DNA from: an uncultured bacterium
GTDB taxonomy: Bacteria; Chlamydiota; Chlamydiia; Chlamydiales; VFKH01
Assembly (NCBI GenBank): GCA_964596685.1
Contig: CAZQVA010000007.1
Location: 11,026 to 75,025 of the forward strand
Reading direction: 5' to 3'
DNA: 64,000 nucleotides
The translations under genes and the position numbers were made by a program. Each line of letters opens with the position of its first letter. Positions within the stretch are counted from its first letter, which is position 1. Below, in pieces: positions 55,319 to 64,000 of this stretch. The notes beneath the pieces were generated by a model. The model saw only the letters and a program-made list of their open reading frames with translations, made no database searches and had not been told where the DNA came from.

Positions 55319-57466
55319 TTGCAAACGCGTATTCGTTTTTTTATTTTTACAGCTCTTTGTGGCACCTTCTTTAGCAGTATATTATATGCACAAACCACAC
55401 CAGAGCAATGGCTTGAAGTGTGTGAAGAGCTCGAATGCTTAGAACGCACGCGTGCTGCCTGCCTTCCGCCCCCCACTCTTTATAATTACTATGGGCAAAT
55501 TGGCTACTTTCAAATGCCAAGTGCGCGTTGTAAAGAAGAGGGCACGGGTGCAATTGGGTTCTCTCTTGTCGATCCTTATGACAATTATTATGCCAGTTTT
55601 CAACTCTTTCGTTTTTTAGAACTCTCAGGTATTTATCGCGTTTTTACGGGGATTGAAGATTTAAATTTGAGCAAATTTGGCTTTGGGGATTTTTCGGACA
55701 AGGGTGTGAATGCTAAATTTACTCTTTTACATGCCCAGGATACTGATTATCGCTTTCCCAGTATTGCTATAGGTGTTGATGACTTCCTAGGATCGTGCGG
55801 TTTTTATGCCTGGTATATTGTGGCTACGCAAGTCCTTCCCAAATACAATTTAGAACTTAGCTTGGGATATGGAATTGAAAGAATGCGCGGTCTCTTTGGT
55901 GGAATCGCCTTTTCTCCCTTTGCTCGTTCTAAAGACCCCGTCCATAAAGGACTGACATTAACAGCTGAATATGACTGTATCGATTATAGCGATCCCGACT
56001 CAGAACCACACCCCGATGGTAGAACTCAAAAGTCCAAAATTAATTGGGGTTTTCAATACCAGCTTGGTCCTTATCTACAACTAACGGCGAGTCGATTGAG
56101 GGGGGAGACCTGGGCAGGAGGTGCAACATTTAACTACAATATCGGAAAGACAACAGGTCTCTTTCCAAAATTTATGGATCCCCCTCTCTACTCTACACCG
56201 ATTGACCATGATCCGATGGGAGAATATCGATCGTTGCGTGCCGTAGTTTGTCAGATGGGTTTTACCTTTGATGACCAGGGGTTTACCCTCTTAGAAGCTG
56301 CCTATTATCCTGCATGCGATGTCTTACGTTTGTATGTTTCAAATGATACTTATCTCAAAGAATGTGTCGTCCATGAACGCATCGTTGCCATCTTAACAGC
56401 TTTAATTCCTCAAAATCTTCATCGCATCGATATCGTTATCGTTGCTGAAAGTATTCCATGCCAGGAATATCATTTTCGTCATAGTGATCTAATACGTTAT
56501 GCAAAAGGATTGATCAGCCCCTGTGAACTAGCCATTCTATCGCGCCTGCGCGAAGTGCCGGGATCAATCAACCACAAGTGTGTTCCCCTGTACAAAAACA
56601 ATGATGTACTGATCGACTGGATCGCTCGTCCACGTTTGCGCACATTTTTTGGTAGCTCTACAGGGAAACTGAAATATGCCATCGATTTAATTGCGTGTTT
56701 TGAGGGATATTTTGGACCAAAAATCTATTACGAACTTGTTCCCGGCTATACTCCCCTTTCAAATACGCAATCACTCGGCAGCTTTGACATCCTCAATCCT
56801 TCTCAATTACTCAACGTCAATTCCGATCGGATTCTTTATTACCAAGCGCGCAATATACGCCTAGAGCAGGGTTTTGTTCAGCGCGCCTGGAATTTAGGCA
56901 AGGGATTCTATCAACGCTTTGGCCTTGGTTTTTTTGATATTGCCTATGCTGGCGTCGCTGCAGAATGGCTCTACTACCCTTTGCACTCCACATGGGCCGT
57001 CGGTCTGGAAGGCGCCCTCTTGCGTAAACGTAATTACTGTGGTTTTGGCTTCCAGGATAAAATTAGAAGATATAGCGGTTACGTTGCAGAATATGTCCCT
57101 TATGTTGCGCTCTTTCAAGGCTTCCTCAATGTCTGGTGGAACCCTGAGCACTTCCCAATCGCCGTAAAATGGAGCCTCGGGCAATTTTTAGCGCGCGATA
57201 TTGGATTAAAAACAGAGGTATTTCGTATCTTTGAAAACGGTCTGCGCCTATCGTTATGGTATACTGTTACCAATGGGCATGATGTCATCAACGGATCTGT
57301 CTACTATGATAAAGGAATTTCTTTTTCCATCCCTCTCGATATCTTCCTTCCAAAATCCACACATACACGTCTTGGCTACGGGATGAGCGCATGGCTACGC
57401 GATGTCGGCTACTGTATTGAAGCGGGGCGTCCTCTCTATACAACACTTTCCGAAGAGCGCAACTAA
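55319..57466 (+). CDS. YjbH/GfcD-family outer membrane beta-barrel protein
   Basis: 715 aa. Signal peptide (TTG start). YGQIGYFQMPSARCKEEG...YYASFQLFRFLE parallels E. coli YjbH FGGVGLLQTPTARMAREG...YSASVQLFPWLE. C-terminal blocks AAEWLYYPLHSTWAVGLEG and GQFLARD...FSIPLDIF also match. Confidence 0.8.
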   Translation: MQTRIRFFIFTALCGTFFSSILYAQTTPEQWLEVCEELECLERTRAACLPPPTLYNYYGQIGYFQMPSARCKEEGTGAIGFSLVDPYDNYYASFQLFRFLELSGIYRVFTGIEDLNLSKFGFGDFSDKGVNAKFTLLHAQDTDYRFPSIAIGVDDFLGSCGFYAWYIVATQVLPKYNLELSLGYGIERMRGLFGGIAFSPFARSKDPVHKGLTLTAEYDCIDYSDPDSEPHPDGRTQKSKINWGFQYQLGPYLQLTASRLRGETWAGGATFNYNIGKTTGLFPKFMDPPLYSTPIDHDPMGEYRSLRAVVCQMGFTFDDQGFTLLEAAYYPACDVLRLYVSNDTYLKECVVHERIVAILTALIPQNLHRIDIVIVAESIPCQEYHFRHSDLIRYAKGLISPCELAILSRLREVPGSINHKCVPLYKNNDVLIDWIARPRLRTFFGSSTGKLKYAIDLIACFEGYFGPKIYYELVPGYTPLSNTQSLGSFDILNPSQLLNVNSDRILYYQARNIRLEQGFVQRAWNLGKGFYQRFGLGFFDIAYAGVAAEWLYYPLHSTWAVGLEGALLRKRNYCGFGFQDKIRRYSGYVAEYVPYVALFQGFLNVWWNPEHFPIAVKWSLGQFLARDIGLKTEVFRIFENGLRLSLWYTVTNGHDVINGSVYYDKGISFSIPLDIFLPKSTHTRLGYGMSAWLRDVGYCIEAGRPLYTTLSEERN

Positions 57467-57467
57467 A

Positions 57468-57774
57468 GAGTGTCATTCAAAGTGTTAGGAGGGGTGAGAA
57501 AAACTAGGGACTCGTATTCTTCTAATACCCACTCCGCTCCTCATTAATTCTCATGCAGCATAAAGCGCAACAGCTTATATGCCCTCTGTATGCTCTGTGA
57601 GCTCTGTGGTTAAAAAAATAATACAAGTTAAAATAAAAATATCTACCACAGAGCCCACAGAGCACACAGAGGGGGAAAATAAGGGTTTTTTGGCAGAAGG
57701 TTATCTGCTGAATCCTTAAGAAGGGCTCCCATTCTAGCTCTGAATAGTTAACTAACACTTTGAATTACACCCCC
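57468..57774. mobile_element. Family-B MITE-like element, copy B3 (same orientation as B2)
   Basis: Collinear with B2 and the reverse complement of B1. The left terminus is slightly eroded. ACTAAA lies on both sides (57462-57467, which includes the yjbH-like TAA stop, and 57776-57781). Confidence 0.8.
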
Positions 57775-57787
57775 GACTAAACGTGCA

Positions 57788-57810
57788 GTTGATTTAAAAT
57801 CGAACTCACG
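57788..57810. repeat. Family-F 22-nt motif, solo copy
   Basis: GTTGATTTAAAATCGAACTCACG, 13 nt after B3. The same B-then-F arrangement occurs at B2. Confidence 0.7.
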
Positions 57811-58140
57811 CTAAAAAAAGCAACTAGGGAAGGAGGAAAAAATGGCTATAGAAGAAGGTAAACAAAAAAAGTACCGAAGAAGCTTTTGAAAGGAAAAAAA
57901 GAGCTAAGCACGACACGCGGGGGGGAATCCAGCATATTCACCGGGCATGGACTCGGGCCAATCCAGGACCCATCGCCAGGTTTTCAAAACTTGCCTGGAA
58001 TCTAATTCAAACCCACGCTGGAATATAGGAGACCATGATCCTGAAAGTGGTCGGCCTTCGGACGCTATGAAGGTATTTGTGCAATAATGCCTTTCTCTAT
58101 GTGGTTATTTTCAGTGCTGTAAAAGATTTTCACATGAAAT

Positions 58141-58167
58141 TAAGCACTCAAGCAAGCTATCTGCTAA
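58141..58167 (+). promoter_or_regulatory. degenerate CIRCE-like (HrcA operator) inverted repeat upstream of groES
   Basis: TAAGCACTC-N9-ATCTGCTAA against consensus TTAGCACTC-N9-GAGTGCTAA. The 9-nt spacer is correct. Half-sites match 8/9 and 6/9. About 170 nt upstream of the groES ATG. Confidence 0.4.
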
Positions 58168-58335
58168 AAAATCACTCGCTACGATTGACACAATTTGAGT
58201 ATTTCCCTACAATTGCCCTCTCAAAAGATGAATTTGGATAACAACTTTAAATCGGCCTTTGGTGCGTGTAAACATGCATCAGTATTTTAAAGATCCTAAG
58301 TGCACGTTTTAAATATCAATCAGGAGATAAAAGAT

Positions 58336-58623
58336 ATGACATCGATAAAACCTTTAAGCAATCGTGTTTTGGTTAAACGCAGCGAAGCAAAAACGACAAA
58401 AGGCGGTATTTTACTCCCTGATGCCGCACAAGAAAAGCCAAAGGAAGGCTCTATTGTTGCAGTAGGTCCTGGCAAAATTGATGACCAAGGTCAACTACAC
58501 GCCCTTACAGTAAAAGTTGGCGATAAAGTCCTTTTTGGTGCCTATGCAGGAACAGACGTAAAACTTAACGACGAAGAATATTTGATTATGTCTGAAGATG
58601 ATATTCTGGGCATTTTGAACTAA
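58336..58623 (+). CDS. groES: co-chaperonin GroES
   Basis: [22 protein letters not shown], 95 aa, with AGGAGA RBS. The ORF-track GTG 58300 is unlikely. Confidence 0.95.
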   Translation: MTSIKPLSNRVLVKRSEAKTTKGGILLPDAAQEKPKEGSIVAVGPGKIDDQGQLHALTVKVGDKVLFGAYAGTDVKLNDEEYLIMSEDDILGILN

Positions 58624-58644
58624 TTTTAAGGAATCAAAAAAGTT

Positions 58645-60306
58645 ATGGCTACAAAGTTACTGCAATTTGACCAAGAGGCACTTAACTCATTAGTGCATGG
58701 AGTGCGCAAGCTCGCCAAAGCTGTGATCGTAACGCTCGGCCCAAAAGGGCGCAATGTGGTCATTAAGCGAGGGGCTGCGGCACCTCTTTCCACGAAAGAC
58801 GGCGTCACTGTTGCCAAAGAGATCTCTCTCAAAGATAAATTCGAAAATATGGGCGCGCAACTCGTAAAAGAAGTTGCTTCCAAGACTGCCGATGTCGCTG
58901 GTGATGGCACAACCACAGCTATTGTTCTCGCCCAGGCTATTTTTACTGAGGGAGTCAAACATGTGGCAGCCGGTATTAACCCCATGAGCTTGAAGCGTGG
59001 TATTGATCGCGCTGTTGATGCGATGCTGACTGCTTTAACAGAAATTTCACAACCGGTCAAAAGCTCTCAGGAAATTTTACAAATCGCGACTATTTCCGCC
59101 AATAATGACCTCACGATTGGACGCATTATTGCCGATGCCATGGAAAAGGTAGGCAAAGATGGTGTGATCACTGTAGGAGAGGCAAAGGGACTAGAAACTG
59201 AATTAGATGTTGTTGAAGGTTTGCAATTTGATAAAGGCTACCTGTCTCCCTATTTTGTGACAAATCAAGAAAAAATGAGTGTTGAGCTCGACAATTGCCT
59301 TGTTCTTCTTTGCGATAAGAAAATCTCAAATGTTAAAGATCTCGTCCCTATTCTAGAAAAAGTCATGGAAAAGGGAGCTCGCCCATTTTTGATCATCGCA
59401 GATGATGTCGATGGCGAAGCACTTTCAACGCTCGTGTTGAATAAGTTACAAGGCGGACTGCCTTTGTGCTGTGTCAAAGCACCAGGCTTTGGCGATCAAA
59501 GAAAGGCCTTCTTACAAGACATCGCTATTCTTACAGGGGCCACTGTTATCTCTGATGAGGTAGGCCTACATTTAGAAGATGCTGATCTAGCTGCACTCGG
59601 CGGCGTTAAAAAAGTAAAAGTGACTAAAGAAACAACTACGCTTGTTGAAGGGGGCGGTCAGAAGAAGCATATTGAAGCGCGAGCGGCACAAATCCGTCAA
59701 GAGCTTGCTAATAGCACTTCTTCATTTGATCGCGAAAAACTAGAAAAACGTCTTGCAAATATTGCTGGAGGCGTGGCTGTCATCAATCTTGGAGCAGCTT
59801 CTGAAACAGAACTCAACGAGAAAAAAGCACGCGTAGAAGATGCATTACATGCAACACGCGCAGCGGTTGCTGGAGGCATTGTTCCTGGAGGCGGCGTCGC
59901 TCTTTTACGAGCAGCAAGAACATTGGATCACTTAAAGGGCTCTCAGGACGAACTCGTGGGAATTCAGCTCATTAAACAAGCTGCTTTCACGCCTGCTGCC
60001 GCCATTGCAGAAAACTGCGGTAAACGTGGCGCATTAATTGCTGAGAAAATCTTCGAACAAGAGGATGCATGGGGCTACAATGGGATGCACGATCGCTTTG
60101 AGGATCTTATTGAAGCAGGCGTCACCGATCCGGTTCTCGTGACAAAGAGTGCGCTAGCGCACGCAGCATCTATTGCAGGATTATTATTGACCACTGCAGC
60201 CATGATCACAGAAAAACCACAGCCAAAAAGTGCTTCACCAGCGCCTGACATGGGTGGCATGGGCGGTATGGGTGGTATGGGTGGCATGGGCGATATGATG
60301 ATGTAA
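58645..60306 (+). CDS. groEL: chaperonin GroEL
   Basis: 553 aa with [21 protein letters not shown] and a C-terminal GGM repeat tail. Confidence 0.97.
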   Translation: MATKLLQFDQEALNSLVHGVRKLAKAVIVTLGPKGRNVVIKRGAAAPLSTKDGVTVAKEISLKDKFENMGAQLVKEVASKTADVAGDGTTTAIVLAQAIFTEGVKHVAAGINPMSLKRGIDRAVDAMLTALTEISQPVKSSQEILQIATISANNDLTIGRIIADAMEKVGKDGVITVGEAKGLETELDVVEGLQFDKGYLSPYFVTNQEKMSVELDNCLVLLCDKKISNVKDLVPILEKVMEKGARPFLIIADDVDGEALSTLVLNKLQGGLPLCCVKAPGFGDQRKAFLQDIAILTGATVISDEVGLHLEDADLAALGGVKKVKVTKETTTLVEGGGQKKHIEARAAQIRQELANSTSSFDREKLEKRLANIAGGVAVINLGAASETELNEKKARVEDALHATRAAVAGGIVPGGGVALLRAARTLDHLKGSQDELVGIQLIKQAAFTPAAAIAENCGKRGALIAEKIFEQEDAWGYNGMHDRFEDLIEAGVTDPVLVTKSALAHAASIAGLLLTTAAMITEKPQPKSASPAPDMGGMGGMGGMGGMGDMMM

Positions 60307-60328
60307 CGAAATTAAAATCGTCACCTCA

Positions 60329-60371
60329 TAAAAAAGGCCACTATCTACAGATGATCTGCTGATAGTGGCCT
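60329..60371 (-). terminator. intrinsic terminator of hctA (may also stop groEL transcripts)
   Basis: 11-bp stem AGGCCACTATC / GATAGTGGCCT (60335-60371). On the minus strand it is followed by TTTTTT. Confidence 0.7.
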
Positions 60372-60414
60372 GTCGCTGCGCATTTCTATGCAGCTTTTTC
60401 AACTTTAAAAGAAA

Positions 60415-60639
60415 TTACTTCTTTTTTCCGTGCTTTGTATCAGCACTTTTCTTATCTTTCAGTTTCTTTTCTTCTGCGATAGACTCTTTACGGTACACTT
60501 TCGCTAATTTTTCAAGCTTAATTGTGCCTGTACGTACGCGCTGAGCAGCCGCTTTATTGTGGTGTTCAGCTTTTTGTAAGTCGATCGTGAGGTGTTCTAA
60601 CAACTCGCGAATTCCATGAATTGTTGACTTCAATGACAT
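60415..60639 (-). CDS. hctA: chlamydial histone H1-like protein Hc1 (short form)
   Basis: LLEHLTIDLQKAEHHNKAAAQRVRTGTIKLEKLAKVYRKESI parallels C. trachomatis Hc1 LLESIQQDLLKAEKGNKAAAQRVRT.SIKLEK.AKVYRKESI. Short Lys-rich tail. 74 aa. Confidence 0.85.
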   Translation of the reverse strand: MSLKSTIHGIRELLEHLTIDLQKAEHHNKAAAQRVRTGTIKLEKLAKVYRKESIAEEKKLKDKKSADTKHGKKK

Positions 60640-60762
60640 GTTTTTTTTCTCCTAAAAACTATAACGTAGCTCATAGAGCTTATAAGTATGGCGACAAAAC
60701 TAGTGATAACGCCTTTGAAAATATTGTGCAACAATTTCTTCATTACTCTATAATCTTAAGCT

Positions 60763-63700
60763 ATGTCATTTTCTGAATCTAATGCACAAGAAACGCGTTT
60801 TGCCACTATTGAAAAGCGCATTTTACAATTTTGGCGTGAAAAAAAATGCTTTGAAAAATCTTTAGAGCTGCGCCAGCACGCTCCTTTATTTTCATTTTAC
60901 GATGGGCCCCCTTTTGCAACGGGATTGCCTCACTATGGACATCTTTTGGCCGGCACAATCAAAGATGTCATTCCGCGCTATAAAACAATGCAAGGCTATT
61001 ATGTTCCTAGACGTTTTGGATGGGATTGTCACGGCGTCCCCATCGAATATGAAATTGAGAAGACATTAGGCATTTCAGGTCCTCAAGCAATCGAAGCTTT
61101 GGGTATTAAAAAATTCAATCAAGAATGCCGCAATATTGTTCTTCGATATACTGAAGAATGGAAAGAACGCGTTGCTCGCATGGGCCGCTGGGTTGATTTT
61201 AATAATCCCTATCACACCATGGATCTTAACTTCATGGAATCGGTATGGTGGGTATTTAAACAGTTATTTGACAAAGGGTTGGTCTATGAAGGGCATAAAG
61301 TCATGCCTTTTTCTACAGCACTAGGCACACCTCTCTCTAATTTTGAAGCAAGTAGCCACTACCAAGAAGTCCAGGACCCTGCAGTCACAGTAGCTTTCAA
61401 ACTCATCGATGAAGATGCTGCTATTCTTGCATGGACCACTACTCCATGGACTTTACCCTCTAACCTAGCATTGATGGTATGCCCCACCTCAACATATGCA
61501 GAAGTTTCCCTAGAAGGCGTTAACTACATTGTAGCCTCACCACGCCTTCCTGTTGTTTTTAAAGATCTTCCTTACACGGTCATCAGGGAATTTTCTGGCG
61601 CAGAGCTCGTTGGAAAACGCTATCATCCCCTCTTTTCTTTCTTTGCCGATCAGCCGAACGCCTTTCAAGTCATCGAAGAACCTACCGTGTCGATGGAAGA
61701 AGGGACGGGCATTGTTCATTCTGCACCTGCTTTTGGTGAAGTTGACTTTTATGCCTGCTCACGAGCAAACATTGAACTTGTATGTCCTGTAGATAACTCA
61801 GGATGTTTCACAGAAAAAGTAGCTCCGTATGCTGGCCTGCACGTTAAAAAGGCGGATAATATCATTATCAAAGCCTTACAAGAAAAAGGCGCGCTTTTCA
61901 AACGAGAGACAATCCATCACCGCGTTCCTTTTTGCTGGCGCTCCGATACCCCACTGATTTATAAAGCAGTTACCACTTGGTTTGTGGCTGTGGAACAAAT
62001 TAAAGAGCGCCTGCTCACTGCAAACGCACAGATACACTGGATCCCTGAACATATCAAGAGTGGCCGCTTCGGGAAATGGCTCGAGAATGCACGCGACTGG
62101 GCCATTAGCCGCAATCGCTATTGGGGAACCCCTATTCCTATTTGGCGCTCTAAAACAGGCCGCCTTCATGTCATCAGCTCAATTGCAGAATTAGAAGCCC
62201 TGACAGGTAAGCCAGTTACTGATTTGCATAGAGATAATATCGATGATCTTACTTTCCATCTCGATAGTGAAGAGATGCGTCGCATTCCAGAAGTTTTTGA
62301 CTGTTGGTTTGAGTCGGGTTCTATGCCCTATGCACAAGTGCACTATCCCTTTGAAAATTCCCCGCTCAAAGGTTTTCCAGCAGACTTTATCGCAGAAGGC
62401 GCGGACCAAACGCGCGGATGGTTTTATACTTTGACAGTGCTCGCAGCAGCTTTATTTGATCAGCCTGCTTTTCAAAATGTTATCGTCAATGGCATCATTC
62501 TTGCCGAGGATGGCAATAAGATGTCAAAACGTCTTAAAAACTATCCCGAACCTGAGCTCGTCATTGAAAAATATGGTGCAGATGCTGTGCGTCTGTATCT
62601 TTTGAATAGCCCTGCTGTACGCGCTGACGACCTACGTTTTTCTGAAAAAGGGGTCGAGCAGCAGTTGCGTCAAGTATTGATTCCCTACTGGAATGCTTTA
62701 AGTTTTTTTGAAACATATGCACAAATTTATCAATGGAAGTATGCAGGAGCCATTAGTCCACAACATTTAATGGATCGATGGATCCTTGCCCAGATGCATC
62801 GCATGATCGAGCGCTTTACTACTGCGATCAATGATTATCGCTTGCAAGATGCTATTGAAGAACTACCTCTCTTTATTGATGGATTGACTAACTGGTATAT
62901 CCGTCGTTGTCGCGATAGATTCTGGCAAGATGAGGCAACAATTGATCGCCATGAAGCATTTACTACGCTTTATACAGTACTCATTACCTTAGCACAGGTA
63001 GCAGCTCCCGTTGTTCCCTTCCTGACAGAAGAGATCTACCAGCGCCTCCGTAGGGAGCACGATCCACTTTCTGTTCACCTATGCGATTTTCCGCGTTGCG
63101 ATCCATCTTTACGCGATACAGCACTTGAAGAGCAAATGGCACTTGTCAGGCAGGTAGTCAGCATGGGACATGCTTTAAGAAAAGAACATCAGCTAAAAGT
63201 CCGACAGCCGCTAAAAGCCCTCTATATTTCTTGTGCAGATGGCTCCTCTTTGGCGCATCTTGCCCTCCACAAAGCCTTGATAAGTGACGAGTTGAACCTC
63301 AAAGAGGTCCATTTCGAAACCAATGATCGTTTTGTAACCCTAACAGCGAAACCAAATTTCCGTCTCTTGGGTAAGAAAATAGGAGCGAAGATGGCTCTTG
63401 CACAAAAGCGTATTCAGTTGCTTACTGCTGATGAACTCTCTCGTTTTCACGATGAGAAACAATTAGCTCTTACTCTTGAAGATGGCACTGCCCTTGTATT
63501 GACTGAAGAAGATCTTCTCGTGCAACGCGATGTAGCACCTAATATTGTTGCTGTTCACGAACAGGGCATCACGACAGCTTTAGATACTGTCCTCACCGAG
63601 GAACTATTATTAGAAGGTGTTGCGAGAGAGTTAAAAAATAAAGTCAACCAGATGCGCCGACAGGAAAATCTTCAGGTCACGGACCGCATTCATTTGACGC

Positions 63701-63864
63701 TCGACACCTCTGAGTACGTGAAAAAAGCGGTTCATAATTTTGAAGAGACTTTAAAACATGATCTTCTCATCCATACACTTACCTTTGCGCCAGTTTCAAA
63801 TGGCTCAACATGGGATTTAAACGGGCATCCTTGTCACATGAAAATCGTCCTCGTAGCTCAGTAG
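60763..63864 (+). CDS. ileS: isoleucyl-tRNA synthetase (long, type 2)
   Basis: 1033 aa with HIGH motif PHYGHLLAG and KMSKS motif KMSKRLKN. The last 6 codons overlap the following tRNA. Confidence 0.95.
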   Translation: MSFSESNAQETRFATIEKRILQFWREKKCFEKSLELRQHAPLFSFYDGPPFATGLPHYGHLLAGTIKDVIPRYKTMQGYYVPRRFGWDCHGVPIEYEIEKTLGISGPQAIEALGIKKFNQECRNIVLRYTEEWKERVARMGRWVDFNNPYHTMDLNFMESVWWVFKQLFDKGLVYEGHKVMPFSTALGTPLSNFEASSHYQEVQDPAVTVAFKLIDEDAAILAWTTTPWTLPSNLALMVCPTSTYAEVSLEGVNYIVASPRLPVVFKDLPYTVIREFSGAELVGKRYHPLFSFFADQPNAFQVIEEPTVSMEEGTGIVHSAPAFGEVDFYACSRANIELVCPVDNSGCFTEKVAPYAGLHVKKADNIIIKALQEKGALFKRETIHHRVPFCWRSDTPLIYKAVTTWFVAVEQIKERLLTANAQIHWIPEHIKSGRFGKWLENARDWAISRNRYWGTPIPIWRSKTGRLHVISSIAELEALTGKPVTDLHRDNIDDLTFHLDSEEMRRIPEVFDCWFESGSMPYAQVHYPFENSPLKGFPADFIAEGADQTRGWFYTLTVLAAALFDQPAFQNVIVNGIILAEDGNKMSKRLKNYPEPELVIEKYGADAVRLYLLNSPAVRADDLRFSEKGVEQQLRQVLIPYWNALSFFETYAQIYQWKYAGAISPQHLMDRWILAQMHRMIERFTTAINDYRLQDAIEELPLFIDGLTNWYIRRCRDRFWQDEATIDRHEAFTTLYTVLITLAQVAAPVVPFLTEEIYQRLRREHDPLSVHLCDFPRCDPSLRDTALEEQMALVRQVVSMGHALRKEHQLKVRQPLKALYISCADGSSLAHLALHKALISDELNLKEVHFETNDRFVTLTAKPNFRLLGKKIGAKMALAQKRIQLLTADELSRFHDEKQLALTLEDGTALVLTEEDLLVQRDVAPNIVAVHEQGITTALDTVLTEELLLEGVARELKNKVNQMRRQENLQVTDRIHLTLDTSEYVKKAVHNFEETLKHDLLIHTLTFAPVSNGSTWDLNGHPCHMKIVLVAQ

Positions 63865-63920
63865 GATAGAGCGGTTGCCTCCTAAGCAACAGGTCGTGCG
63901 TTCAATTCGCGCCGAGGACA
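63847..63920 (+). tRNA. tRNA-Arg (anticodon CCT)
   Basis: GTCCTCGTAGCTCAGTAGGATAGAGCGGTTGCCTCCTAAGCAACAGGTCGTGCGTTCAATTCGCGCCGAGGACA folds as a cloverleaf with anticodon loop CTCCTAA. No encoded CCA. Confidence 0.9.
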
Positions 63921-64000
63921 ATAACCTTCCATAGAAGTCTATTCACAAAATGTATACCGTTCCCCTTATCAATCCTTTTTCTCTTACGCAAGTAGAATTT

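Noticed and set aside
58626-59060. 144-aa antisense ORF over the 5' end of groEL (similar cases at 59265-59477, 59697-59879 and 60075-60287)
   Set aside because: These are shadow ORFs of a highly conserved gene, with no RBS or motif.

Overview
This window looks like chromosome from a member of the Chlamydiae, probably outside the Chlamydiaceae. It carries the chlamydial T3SS block sctU(cdsU)-sctV(cdsV)-copN-scc1 followed directly by malQ. A second Chlamydia-like syntenic block is sppA/sohB-polA-coaE-rho. Other lineage markers are histone-like hctA, a MOMP-family porin, fused secDF, rpoD, groESL, ileS and glgB. I can support about 45 protein genes, 3 tRNAs (Arg-ACG, Ala-GGC, Arg-CCT) and an RNase P RNA (rnpB) that the ORF track does not show. 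Accessory content includes a likely heterodimeric ABC exporter with one degenerate ATP site and a TolC/EmrA/EmrB-like efflux operon. There is also an OMF-MFP-RND efflux operon whose first gene is an orphan cbb3-type ccoN. The most unusual layer is non-coding. At least five families of palindromic MITE/REP-like elements (named here A, B, D, E, F; 24 to ~470 bp; 18 or more copies or fragments) fill the intergenic space. Most sit 0-20 nt downstream of a stop codon. They nest in each other, supply one gene's stop codon, split an EEP-family phosphoesterase gene, sit inside the T3SS operon and bracket the ccoN-RND block. I saw no CRISPR array, rRNA, transposase or phage genes. All homology calls come from motif recognition by eye, with no database search or folding program. 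Repeat boundaries are good to a few nt, and start codons are my best choice among alternatives.
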